In this document: piece after piece, positions 54,110 to 63,159 of the stretch
Layout: every line of letters begins with the position of its first letter
Numbering within the stretch: position 1 is the stretch's first letter
NCBI GenBank assembly: GCA_963725825.1
Contig: CAVSAI010000031.1
Coordinates: 5,337 to 69,336, forward strand
From: Candidatus Aminicenantes bacterium
GTDB lineage: Bacteria; Acidobacteriota; Aminicenantia; Aminicenantales; Saccharicenantaceae
Direction of reading: 5' to 3'
Length of the DNA stretch: 64,000 nucleotides
Program-made: the position numbers and the translations under genes
The notes under the pieces: model-generated
What the model was told of the DNA's origin: nothing
Databases searched by the model: none
What the model saw: only the letters and a program-made list of their open reading frames with translations

Positions 54110-56080
54110 ATGAACGATCTTGTCTTCTTGTTCGCCGTCCATAACCATCAGCCCGTCGGAAATTTCCCCGAGATCTTCAAGGCGGCGTTCAAGGACTGCT
54201 ACCGGCCGCTTCTCGAGGCCCTGGCCGGCCATCCCGGTTTCCGCTTCGCGCTTCACTTCTCCGGCCCCCTCTGGGAGTATATGGAGAAGAGAGAACGGAC
54301 CTGCTGGGACCTCGTCGGGGAGCTTTCGCGGCGAGGCCAGGTCGAGCTCCTCAGCGGCGGATTCTACGAGCCTGTCCTGTCCATCATCCCCGAGGAGGAC
54401 CGCGTCGGGCAGATCCGCATGATGAACGACTTCCTTCGGGAAAACTTCGGCCAGAAGCCGCGCGGCCTGTGGCTGACGGAGCGCGTCTGGGAGCCCGATC
54501 TGCCGGGGACCCTGGCGGCGGCGGCGATCGAGTTCACGCTCCTCGATGAAGCGCACTTTCACTTCGCCGGCGTCCGCGACCTGGCCACGACTTACATCAC
54601 CGAAAGCGAAGGCCGGAGCCTGCGCGTCTTTCCGATCGACAAGACGCTGCGCTATTACATCCCGTTCCATTCCCTCGAGGACGTCGAGTCCTATCTGGGG
54701 ACGATCCGCGAAGCGGGCGGGACGGCCATTCTCGGCGACGACGGAGAGAAGTTCGGCGTCTGGCCCGGCACGCACAAGTGGGTCTACGAGGACGGCTGGC
54801 TCGAGAGGTTCCTGGCCTTCATCGAGAAGAAGGATATCCGGACGATGTCCTTCGCGGAATACCTGGACAGCCATCCTCCGTCCGGGCGGGTGTATCTCCC
54901 TCCGGCCTCTTACGAGGAAATGATGGAGTGGGTGCTCGAGCCGGACGAACAAACGGCCTTTCGAAGGCTCAAAGAGAGCGCCGGGCCCGAGGCCCGCCGT
55001 TTCCTCCGCGGCGGTTTTTTCCGCGACTTCTGCCGCAAGTACGGGGAAGCCAACCACCTCCATAAGCGGATGATCATGGTCTCCCGGGAGGTTCACGCCG
55101 CCGGCAGCCCCGCCGAGGGCATTCGCCAGCTCTATAGGAGTCAGTGCAACGACCCCTACTGGCACGGCGTTTTCGGGGGCCTGTACCTGCCCCATCTCCG
55201 GGAGGCCGCCTACAGCCACCTGCTCGATGCCGAACAGACCACGCCCGATCCCTCGGGCTGGAAGGCCCTGGACTACGATTGCGACGGACGGGACGAGCTC
55301 GTCTTCCGCGACCCGTCGTTCGGGCTCCTGGCCAAGCCCTCGGCCGGCGGGACGCTCGTCGAGATCGACTACCGGCCGCGCTCGAGGAATATCACCGACG
55401 TCCTCAGCCGGCGGCCCGAGGCCTACCACCGCGCCGCGGAGTCGGCGGACGAAGGGGCGGAGCACGGCAAGAGCATCCACGAGATCGGCAAGAAGCTGCC
55501 GGCGGAGGCGGCCGAGCTCATGCGCTACGATTGGTATCCGCGCTCCTCGATGATCGACCATTTCTTCCGCCCTGGGACGACCCTCGACGATTTCCGCAGG
55601 ATCGATTTCGGCGAGCAGGGCGACTTCGTCGACGGTGAATACTCGTTCGAGGCCTCCGGCCGCACGCTCCGCCTGGAGCGCCGGGGAGCCGTGTGGGCGG
55701 GGGAAGAGAGGGTCCCGCTGGCGGTTCGCAAAACAGTCGCCTGCTCCGCCGGCGAGGTCCGCGTCGACATCGAGGTCGAGAACCTCTCCGGGAAGCCTTT
55801 CGATCTGACCTACGGGTCCGAGTGGAGCTTCCTGGCCTTCCCCAACGAGATCGAGCTTCTCGGCGCGGCCGGGGCGCAGCTTTACGACAGGGACCTTCAG
55901 TTCGTGCCCGCGGCGGCCGATGCGGTTTGGGCGTTCGCCCTGCGCACGCTCTCCCAATCCGAGGAGGGATTTGATATAATCCATCAAGGGTATTGTCTGT
56001 GCCCGGTCTGGTCGATGGGATGGACGGGGAACGGAACGAAGCGCCTGTCCGTCGTCTTGAAGGAGCGTGATGGCCGATAA
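54110..56080 (+). CDS. GH57 family alpha-glucan-active enzyme (alpha-amylase/4-alpha-glucanotransferase type with DUF1926-like C-terminus)
   Basis: The in-frame ATG at 54110 follows GGAGG. MNDLVFLFAVHNHQPVGNF is the GH57 region I. WLTERVWEP and GDDGEKFG are also present. Confidence 0.8.
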   Translation: MNDLVFLFAVHNHQPVGNFPEIFKAAFKDCYRPLLEALAGHPGFRFALHFSGPLWEYMEKRERTCWDLVGELSRRGQVELLSGGFYEPVLSIIPEEDRVGQIRMMNDFLRENFGQKPRGLWLTERVWEPDLPGTLAAAAIEFTLLDEAHFHFAGVRDLATTYITESEGRSLRVFPIDKTLRYYIPFHSLEDVESYLGTIREAGGTAILGDDGEKFGVWPGTHKWVYEDGWLERFLAFIEKKDIRTMSFAEYLDSHPPSGRVYLPPASYEEMMEWVLEPDEQTAFRRLKESAGPEARRFLRGGFFRDFCRKYGEANHLHKRMIMVSREVHAAGSPAEGIRQLYRSQCNDPYWHGVFGGLYLPHLREAAYSHLLDAEQTTPDPSGWKALDYDCDGRDELVFRDPSFGLLAKPSAGGTLVEIDYRPRSRNITDVLSRRPEAYHRAAESADEGAEHGKSIHEIGKKLPAEAAELMRYDWYPRSSMIDHFFRPGTTLDDFRRIDFGEQGDFVDGEYSFEASGRTLRLERRGAVWAGEERVPLAVRKTVACSAGEVRVDIEVENLSGKPFDLTYGSEWSFLAFPNEIELLGAAGAQLYDRDLQFVPAAADAVWAFALRTLSQSEEGFDIIHQGYCLCPVWSMGWTGNGTKRLSVVLKERDGR

Positions 56081-57722
56081 GTATTTCTCCCTCGTGCTCC
56101 ACAGCCACATCCCTTATGTCCTCGCCCACGGCAGTTGGCCGCACGGCATGGACTGGCTGTACGAGGCGGCGGCCGAAACGTACCTGCCGATCCTGGACGT
56201 CTTTGAGCGCCTGGCCGGCGAGGGCATTCCGGCCCGGACCAATGTCAGCTTCACTCCCGTGCTGATGGAACAGCTCAAGGACGGCAGCTTCGTCAGCGGC
56301 TTTGACGAATACCTCAAGATGAAGATCGAGATCGCCGTTCGCGACAGGGCCTACTTCCGCAAGACCGGGAACGCCGCCCTCCTCCCCTTGACCGACTTCT
56401 GGGAGGCCTGGTACCGCAGGGTCCTCGAGAACTTCCACGTCCGCTACAAGGGCGACATCATCGACGGCTTCCGCTCCCTCCAGGACCGCGGCCTGATCGA
56501 GGTCCTGACGTCGGGCGCCACCCATGGCTATTTCCCGCTTCTCTCCCGCGACGAGAGCATCCGCCAACAGGTCGGCCAGGGGCGCCATACCTATCGCAAG
56601 CATTTCGGCCGCGAGCCGCGCGGCTTCTGGATCCCCGAATGCGCTTACCGGCCGGGCTACAGCTGGAAGAACCCTTTCGGAGACGGCGAGCCGTACGCCC
56701 GGCTCGGGGTGGACGAGATCCTGGGCCAGGAAGGACTCGGCTGCTTCTTCGTCGATTCCCACCTCCTCAAAGGAGGCGAGGCCAAGGGCGTCTATATCGA
56801 CCGTTTCCCGGGCCTGAACCTCCTTTGGGAAAAGTTCCGGGAGGTCTACAAGCCGGCCGACGACAGGCCGAACGACCCTTATTCGGCCTACTTCGCCCAT
56901 CCCTCCGGCGTCCCGTTCTTCGCCCGCGACGACGTCTCCGGCTCGCAGGTCTGGAGCCGTTCCATGGGCTACCCCGGCGACGGGGGATACCTCGAGTTTC
57001 ATAAGAAGCACTTCCCCGGAGGCCTGCGCTACTGGCGGATCACGTCGAGCGACGCGGACCTGGGTCTCAAGGAGCCCTACGATCCGGCTCCCATCCAGGC
57101 CCGGCTCGAGGAGCACGCCGGGCACTTCGCGTCGGTCCTCGAATCGGCGCTCGCCGGCCGTCCCTCGGGGTCGGTCGTGGCCCTCTATGACACCGAGCTC
57201 TTCGGCCATTGGTGGTTCGAGGGCCCCGAGTGGCTTTATCACGTCATCAAGAAGCTCTCGGCCGGACCGGTCCGTCCTGCGACGGCCTGCGACGTGCTCG
57301 AGCGCCAGCCGCCCCTGAAGGCCATCTCCCTGCCCGAAGGCTCGTGGGGCAAAGGCGGCTTCCACTGGATCTGGCTCAACGACGACACCGCCTGGATCTG
57401 GAAGAAGATCTACCGCATCGAGGAGGCCGCGGCGGCGCTCTCACAGCGACTGGGCCGTCTCGACCCGCGCCTGGTACGGCAGTTCTTCAGGGAGAAATTC
57501 CTGCTCGAGAGCTCCGATTGGCCCTTCCTCGTCTCGACCTGGTCGGCCCGGGACTATGCCGAGCTCCGGGCCGCCGAGCACTTCGAGCGGGCCCTGACCC
57601 TGGCCGGCTGGCTCGATGAGGGCCGGGCCCTCAACGCCGCCGAAGAGGAGCTCCTCTGCACGTTCGAGTCCGAAGATCATCTCTTCGAAGAGGTCGTCCT
57701 GCCCGATGGTACCGTTATCTGA
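56070..57722 (+). CDS. GH57-type 1,4-alpha-glucan branching enzyme
   Basis: MADKYFSLVLHSHIPYVLAHGSWPHG is a typical GH57 GBE start. WIPECAY, DTELFGHWWFEG and a DUF1957-like C-terminus are present. The AAGGAG SD favours the ATG at 56070 over the GTG at 56067. Confidence 0.85.
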   Translation: MADKYFSLVLHSHIPYVLAHGSWPHGMDWLYEAAAETYLPILDVFERLAGEGIPARTNVSFTPVLMEQLKDGSFVSGFDEYLKMKIEIAVRDRAYFRKTGNAALLPLTDFWEAWYRRVLENFHVRYKGDIIDGFRSLQDRGLIEVLTSGATHGYFPLLSRDESIRQQVGQGRHTYRKHFGREPRGFWIPECAYRPGYSWKNPFGDGEPYARLGVDEILGQEGLGCFFVDSHLLKGGEAKGVYIDRFPGLNLLWEKFREVYKPADDRPNDPYSAYFAHPSGVPFFARDDVSGSQVWSRSMGYPGDGGYLEFHKKHFPGGLRYWRITSSDADLGLKEPYDPAPIQARLEEHAGHFASVLESALAGRPSGSVVALYDTELFGHWWFEGPEWLYHVIKKLSAGPVRPATACDVLERQPPLKAISLPEGSWGKGGFHWIWLNDDTAWIWKKIYRIEEAAAALSQRLGRLDPRLVRQFFREKFLLESSDWPFLVSTWSARDYAELRAAEHFERALTLAGWLDEGRALNAAEEELLCTFESEDHLFEEVVLPDGTVI

Positions 57723-58884
57723 GAAGACCCTGACCATGGTCCTCTGCGGGGGCAAAGGGGAGAGGCTCTACCCTCTGACCCGCGACCGGGCCAAGCCGTC
57801 CGTGCCCTTTCTCGGGGCCTATCGGATCATCGACTTCAGCCTGTCCAACGCCCTCAACTCCGGGCTGCGCCGGATCGCCCTGCTGACCCAGTACAAATCC
57901 CAGTCCCTCGAGCGCCACATCCTCAACGGCTGGAACATCTTCCACGCCGAGAGCGGCGACTTCATCATCTCCCTGCCCGCCCAAGGCCGGGTCGGCGACC
58001 ACTGGTACGAAGGCACGGCCGACGCCGTGTTCCAGAACATCTACACCATCCAGCAGGAGAACCCGGAGGCCGTTCTCGTGCTGTCGGGCGACCACGTCTA
58101 TAACGCCGATTACCGCAAGCTTCTGCTCTCCTTCAGTCAGACCGGGGCCGACGCCCTGATCATGACCCGGACGATCCCCATCGAGGAGGCCTCTCGTTTC
58201 GGCGTCATGGGCGTCGACGGCGAGAGCCGCATCGTCGAGTTCATGGAGAAGCCGAAGAAGCCCTTCGCGACGCCCTGGGACCCGGCCCGGAGCCTGATCT
58301 CAATGGGGGTCTATCTGTTCAAGACGCCCGTCCTGATCAAGGCCCTGCTCCGGGACGCCCGCAAGACCCACAGCAGCCACGATTTCGGGAGGGACATCAT
58401 CCCCTCGCTCATCGACAGCCAGCGCGTCTTCGCGTACACCTTCGACGAATATTGGGAGGATATCGGCACGATCGACGCCTACTGGGAGGCCAATATGGCC
58501 TTCGTGTCGCCGTCCCCGCCGCCGATCCTCAGAGACCCGGCCTGGCCTGTCCGCTCCTACAAGCCTCAGTATCCGCCGACTTTCGTATCCGGCTGCGACC
58601 TGCGCGCCTCGATCATCGGCTCCGGCTGCTCGCTCACGGACTGCCGCATCGTCAACTCGATCGTCGCCCCGGGGGTCCGCGTCGACCCGGGCGCCGAGGT
58701 CAGCGACTCGATCCTCTTCCAGGACATCACCGTTTCCCGCGGGGCCCGCCTGCGCAAGGTCATCATCGACAAGCGCTCGACGGTCCCCGAAAGGTTCGAG
58801 ATCGGCTTCGACGCCGACAAGGACGCCCGGGACTTCAAGATCAGCCGGACCGGGATCCGCGTCGTGCCCAAAGGGTGGACCTGA
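57706..58884 (+). CDS. glgC: glucose-1-phosphate adenylyltransferase
   Basis: MVLCGGKGERLYPLTRDRAKPSVPFLGAYRIIDFSLSN, with the left-handed beta-helix C-terminal domain. The start is placed at MVPLSEKTLT (57706); the alternative is 57736. Confidence 0.85.
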   Translation: MVPLSEKTLTMVLCGGKGERLYPLTRDRAKPSVPFLGAYRIIDFSLSNALNSGLRRIALLTQYKSQSLERHILNGWNIFHAESGDFIISLPAQGRVGDHWYEGTADAVFQNIYTIQQENPEAVLVLSGDHVYNADYRKLLLSFSQTGADALIMTRTIPIEEASRFGVMGVDGESRIVEFMEKPKKPFATPWDPARSLISMGVYLFKTPVLIKALLRDARKTHSSHDFGRDIIPSLIDSQRVFAYTFDEYWEDIGTIDAYWEANMAFVSPSPPPILRDPAWPVRSYKPQYPPTFVSGCDLRASIIGSGCSLTDCRIVNSIVAPGVRVDPGAEVSDSILFQDITVSRGARLRKVIIDKRSTVPERFEIGFDADKDARDFKISRTGIRVVPKGWT

Positions 58885-58886
58885 GC

Positions 58887-60236
58887 ATGATCGAGAAGTA
58901 TAGCATCCTGTCGCCGGACTTCGAGCGCGACGCGCCCCGCGAGCTGATGCTGCTGTCAATCATCTCCCAGAGCTTCTTCCAGCCGTTCTCCCTCGAGGAT
59001 AACCTGCTCGTCATCCTGACGGCTCTGACCTCGGGGTCGGGCGTCGGCTTCAACCGGGCCATGCTCTTTCTCAAGCAGGGGGACCGTCTCCGGGGGGAGA
59101 TGTGGCTCGGGCCGCGGTCGGCCGAGGAGGCCGGGCTGATCTGGGAGGTCCTGTCGACGCCCGGCATCGGCTACGTCGAGATCGTCGAGCACAACCGGGC
59201 CTTGGTCAGCAAGAACGAGGACACCCTGAGCGCACGCCTCAAAGGGCTGGTCTACGCCGCCGATGACGAGAACGCCCTCATCCCGGCCTACGCGGCCTGC
59301 CGCAAGGAGATCCTCCTGGTCTCCCAGGCTTCGACCGAACCGCTGGTCGACCGGCGCTTTCTCAATGTCATCGGGGTCGACCAGTTCCTCTGCATCCCGC
59401 TGCTGGCCCGCGACGACGTCGTCGGCGAGATCATTCTCGACAACGCCATCACCAGGACGCCGATCACGGCGGCCGACATCAAGCTGGCAGGGATCTGCGG
59501 CCTGATGGCGGGCAACTACATCTACTCGGCGACGCTCCACCGCAAGCTCCTCGACGTCGAGAAAATGGCCGCCATGGGCGAAATGGCGATGTTCGTCACC
59601 CACCAGCTGCGCAACCCCATCGTGGCCATCGGCGGGTTCACCGACCAGCTCCTCAAACCGGATGTTCCTGAGGACAAGAAGCTCCGCAACCTGACTATCA
59701 TCCGGAACGAGATCCGCCGTCTCGAAAACATCATCTACCAGATGGGCCACTTCCTCAAGGTTAGCCTCAAGGAGCCGATCTACTTCGATCCCGTCCCGGC
59801 CATCTCCGGCGTCTTCGAGAGCCCGGAGGTCCTGACCAAGGCCCGGGGATACACCTTGAACGTCAAGATGGAGCCTTGCCTGCCCGAGATCCTGTGCGAC
59901 CCGACCTCGTTCGGCGAGGTCCTCCGCAACGTTCTCGACAACGCGTTCGACGCGACGCCGCCGGGCGGAACGATCTCCGTCCGCGGCTACCGCAAGAACC
60001 CGGCCGCGTTCGTGATCTCGGTCCGCGACACCGGGCGGGGCCTGACGAACCCGGACAAGGAGAACCTCTTCAGGCCCTTCTTCACGACCAAGGAGAACGG
60101 CATGGGCCTGGGACTGCCTTTCCTCAAGCGGGTGATGGACACGTGCGGCGGCAAGGTCGAGGTCCAGAGCCGGGTGGGGAAAGGGGCCCTGTTCAAACTC
60201 ATTTTTCTCTGCCGCGAAAGGGAGCTGACGCCATGA
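58887..60236 (+). CDS. soluble sensor histidine kinase (N-terminal GAF-like domain, HisKA, HATPase_c)
   Basis: The in-frame ATG lies 3 nt after the glgC stop. No TM segments. H-box FVTHQLRNPI, N-box LRNVLDNAFDA, G1 VRDTGRGL, G2 GMGLGLPF. Confidence 0.85.
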   Translation: MIEKYSILSPDFERDAPRELMLLSIISQSFFQPFSLEDNLLVILTALTSGSGVGFNRAMLFLKQGDRLRGEMWLGPRSAEEAGLIWEVLSTPGIGYVEIVEHNRALVSKNEDTLSARLKGLVYAADDENALIPAYAACRKEILLVSQASTEPLVDRRFLNVIGVDQFLCIPLLARDDVVGEIILDNAITRTPITAADIKLAGICGLMAGNYIYSATLHRKLLDVEKMAAMGEMAMFVTHQLRNPIVAIGGFTDQLLKPDVPEDKKLRNLTIIRNEIRRLENIIYQMGHFLKVSLKEPIYFDPVPAISGVFESPEVLTKARGYTLNVKMEPCLPEILCDPTSFGEVLRNVLDNAFDATPPGGTISVRGYRKNPAAFVISVRDTGRGLTNPDKENLFRPFFTTKENGMGLGLPFLKRVMDTCGGKVEVQSRVGKGALFKLIFLCRERELTP

Positions 60237-60589
60237 AAAAGAAGATCCTGGTCGTCGAGGACGAAAAGACCCTCTGTCTCCTCTACGAAGAGGAGCTGAG
60301 CAAGGAGGGGTACGACATCACCGCGGTGACGGATGCCGAGGCCGCCCTGGCCAAGCTGGGCGAGAAAGGCTTCGACCTCATCATCACCGACATCCGAATG
60401 CCGGGCAAGAACGGGATCGAGCTCATCACCCAGATCATGGGCCTGCGCAAGGACATCCCGATCATCATCAACTCGGCCTACCAGAGCTACAAGGAGGACT
60501 TTATGACCTGGGCGGCCGACGCCTATGTCGTCAAGTCCGCCTCGCTCGACGAGCTCAAGTCCAAGATCAAGCAGCTGTTGGGGGACTGA
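60233..60589 (+). CDS. stand-alone response-regulator receiver protein (CheY-like, 118 aa)
   Basis: The ATG overlaps the kinase stop (ATGA). The acidic pocket is VVEDE, the phospho-acceptor is in LIITDIRMPG (about D53), and a conserved K lies in VVKSAS. No output domain. Confidence 0.85.
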   Translation: MKKKILVVEDEKTLCLLYEEELSKEGYDITAVTDAEAALAKLGEKGFDLIITDIRMPGKNGIELITQIMGLRKDIPIIINSAYQSYKEDFMTWAADAYVVKSASLDELKSKIKQLLGD

Positions 60590-61614
60590 TGTCGGAACTG
60601 AGAAAAGACCTCATCAGCGGGCGTTGGGTCATCATCGCCACGGAACGGAGCAAGCGGCCGGACGACTTCCGTCCCCACGGCGCTGCGGCGCCGGCGCCCG
60701 AGGCCGCGGGCTTCTGCCCGTTCTGCGAAGGCAACGAAGGGAAAACGCCGCCGGAGGCCTTCGCCCTGCGGGCCGCCGGGACGGCCCCGGACACCCCGGG
60801 CTGGACGGTCCGGGTCGTCCCGAACAAGTTCCCGGCCCTCAACCCGGGGCCGCCTCCGCCGCGGGCCACGCGGGGGGTCTACCAAAGCATGGAGGGGCGG
60901 GGTGTCCATGAGGTCGTCATCGAGAACCCCGACCACGCCCTCGAGCTCGCCGACCTGCCCGTCCCTCATGTCCGCGATGTGCTCCGGGTCTTCCAGCTGA
61001 GGATCCTGGCGATCGAGAGGGACCTCCACTATCAGTACGTCCAGATCTTCAAGAACAAAGGCAAGGAAGCCGGGGCCTCGCTGAGCCACCCGCACTCCCA
61101 GATCGTGGCGACGCCCATCGTCCCCAAGCGGGTGAAAGAGGAGATCTACGGCGCCGACCGGCTGTTCAGGACCTTCAAGGAATGCGCCTTCTGCCGCATC
61201 CTGCGGGAGGAGGAGGCCGTCGGGACGCGTCTGATCGCCAGGAACGCGCAGTTCACGGCCTTCGCGCCCTATGCCTCGCGTTTCCCGTTCGAAATGACGA
61301 TCTATCCGAAGCGCCATTCCGCGTTCTTCACCGATGTCCGCGAGGACGAGCTGTGGACGCTGGCCGAGATCCTGAAGCACGTCCTGACCCGGCTGAAGGA
61401 AACTGTCGGCGACCCGCCGTTCAACCTGGTCCTCCACCAGGCCCCGAACCCGTCTTCCTCGCTCAAGAAATGGCCGGAGATCGACCTGAAATCGCACTGG
61501 CACGTGGAAATCATCCCCATCCTGACCAAGGTCGCCGGCTTCGAGTGGGGGACGGGATTCTACATCAACCCGGTCCCTCCCGAGACCGGGGCCCAGTTCC
61601 TGCGGGGGACCTGA
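60589..61614 (+). CDS. galT: galactose-1-phosphate uridylyltransferase family (HIT superfamily branch III) nucleotidyltransferase
   Basis: The ATG overlaps the receiver stop (TGATG). Blocks: DLISGRWVIIATERSKRP, Zn-type CPFCEGNE, VVPNKFPAL and the nucleotidyl-His motif SHPHSQI. Confidence 0.8.
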   Translation: MSELRKDLISGRWVIIATERSKRPDDFRPHGAAAPAPEAAGFCPFCEGNEGKTPPEAFALRAAGTAPDTPGWTVRVVPNKFPALNPGPPPPRATRGVYQSMEGRGVHEVVIENPDHALELADLPVPHVRDVLRVFQLRILAIERDLHYQYVQIFKNKGKEAGASLSHPHSQIVATPIVPKRVKEEIYGADRLFRTFKECAFCRILREEEAVGTRLIARNAQFTAFAPYASRFPFEMTIYPKRHSAFFTDVREDELWTLAEILKHVLTRLKETVGDPPFNLVLHQAPNPSSSLKKWPEIDLKSHWHVEIIPILTKVAGFEWGTGFYINPVPPETGAQFLRGT

Positions 61615-61615
61615 G

Positions 61616-63061
61616 TCAGACCGCGGCCAGCTTCTTGTAGAGATCGAGGTACGCGGACGCGGATCTCTCCCAGGAGAAGTCCGCGGCCATCACATTCCCG
61701 ACGAGCTTCCGCCATTCCGCGGGCTTCTTGAAGGCGGCCGCGGCGCGCCCCGCCGTTTCGACGAGCGGCCCGGGCTCGGCCTCGACGAACTTGAAGCCGT
61801 TGCCGGTCCCGGCCCGCGGATCGAACTCCTGCACGCTGTCGTCCAGGCCGCCCGTGGCCCGGACGACCGGAACGGTGCCGTACTTCATGGCGTACATCTG
61901 GGTTAGCCCGCACGGCTCATAGCGCGAGGGGATGAGGAAGATATCGCTCCCGGCGTAGATCATATGGGCGATCCGCTCGTCGAAGGCGATCTTGAGCCCG
62001 ATCCTGTCCGGACACGTTTTCTGGGCGGCAAGGAGGAAGTTCTGGATCTTCTGGTCCCCGGTGCCGAGGATGACCAGCCTCAATCCGACTTCGAGGAGGT
62101 CGTCGAGGGCGTCACAGACGATATCGAGGCCCTTTTGCCCGGCCAGGCGGGTGACCATGCCCGCAACAGGGATGTCGGCCGGCGCGGACAGGCCGAAAAG
62201 GGCGGCGAGCCCGTCGCGGCAGGCCTTTTTCCCCGACAGGTCCCCGGGCCCGTAATTGCGGGGAATGAGCCGGTCGGTCGCCGGATCCCAATCGCGGTAA
62301 TCGACGCCGTTGAGGATGCCATAAAGGACGGCGGACCGGGAGCGGAGGAGGCCGTCGAGACCGCAGCCGAAAGCCGGGGTTTGGATCTCGCGGCTGTACC
62401 GGGGGCTGACGGTGGTCACGGCGGTCGAATAAAGGATGCCGGCCTTGAGGGCGTTGACCTTGCCGTAGAACTCGAGGTCGTTCATGTTGAAAAGCGAGGC
62501 GGGAAGCCCGACGCGGCCGAGGATATCTTCTTCGAACAGGCCCTGGTAGGCGAGGTTGTGGATGGTGAACAACGTACGCGTCCGGGCGAAAAAGGGGTCG
62601 CCGGCGTAGACGTGGCGGAGATAGGCGAAAACCAGGGCCGACTGCCAATCATGGCCGTGGAGGACGTCGGGAGAAAAGCCGATGGCCCGCATCGTCTCCA
62701 GGGCGGCCCGGGAGAAGAAGGCGAACCGCTCTCCGTTGTCGGGATAGTCGCCGGCCGAGGTCCCGTAAAGGCAGTCCCGGTCAAAGTACTCGGGGCGGTC
62801 GATGAAGAACACGGTGACGCCGTTGTCCCGATGGGCGAAAACGCTGTACCCGAGCTTCTCGCCGCCCATTTCGACGGCGGCGCTGACGATGACCCGCTCG
62901 AGCGGCAGGTTCTTCTTCCGGACTTCCCTGTAGAGCGGCATGAACACCCGGACCTCGGCGCCCAGCCCGGCGAGGAACTTGGGCAAGGCCCCGGCCACGT
63001 CGGCCAGGCCGCCCGTCTTGGCGTAGGGGATGACTTCGGAGGCAAGGAATGCGACTTTCAT
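61616..63061 (-). CDS. glgA: glycogen synthase (GT5, ADP-glucose type)
   Basis: MKVAFLASEVIPYAKTGGLADVAGALPKFL contains the KTGGL motif. 481 aa. It is convergent with galT, with a 1-nt gap. Confidence 0.9.
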   Translation of the reverse strand: MKVAFLASEVIPYAKTGGLADVAGALPKFLAGLGAEVRVFMPLYREVRKKNLPLERVIVSAAVEMGGEKLGYSVFAHRDNGVTVFFIDRPEYFDRDCLYGTSAGDYPDNGERFAFFSRAALETMRAIGFSPDVLHGHDWQSALVFAYLRHVYAGDPFFARTRTLFTIHNLAYQGLFEEDILGRVGLPASLFNMNDLEFYGKVNALKAGILYSTAVTTVSPRYSREIQTPAFGCGLDGLLRSRSAVLYGILNGVDYRDWDPATDRLIPRNYGPGDLSGKKACRDGLAALFGLSAPADIPVAGMVTRLAGQKGLDIVCDALDDLLEVGLRLVILGTGDQKIQNFLLAAQKTCPDRIGLKIAFDERIAHMIYAGSDIFLIPSRYEPCGLTQMYAMKYGTVPVVRATGGLDDSVQEFDPRAGTGNGFKFVEAEPGPLVETAGRAAAAFKKPAEWRKLVGNVMAADFSWERSASAYLDLYKKLAAV

Positions 63062-63070
63062 GGTTCGCCT

Positions 63071-63099
63071 ATTCTAGCATAAGTGTTCCCAACGGTCAT
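63071..63099 (-). promoter_or_regulatory. promoter candidate giving a leaderless glgA mRNA
   Basis: The minus strand reads ATGACC (63094-63099), a 17-nt spacer ending in TGc, then TAGAAT (63071-63076), followed by 9 nt (AGGCGAACC) with no SD before the ATG at 63061. Confidence 0.4.
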
Positions 63100-63159
63100 C
63101 CGGAGTCTCGGCTCTTTCGGGGGCGCTGAGCGGCTCGAGGGACAGCCTCGCCCTCCGGC

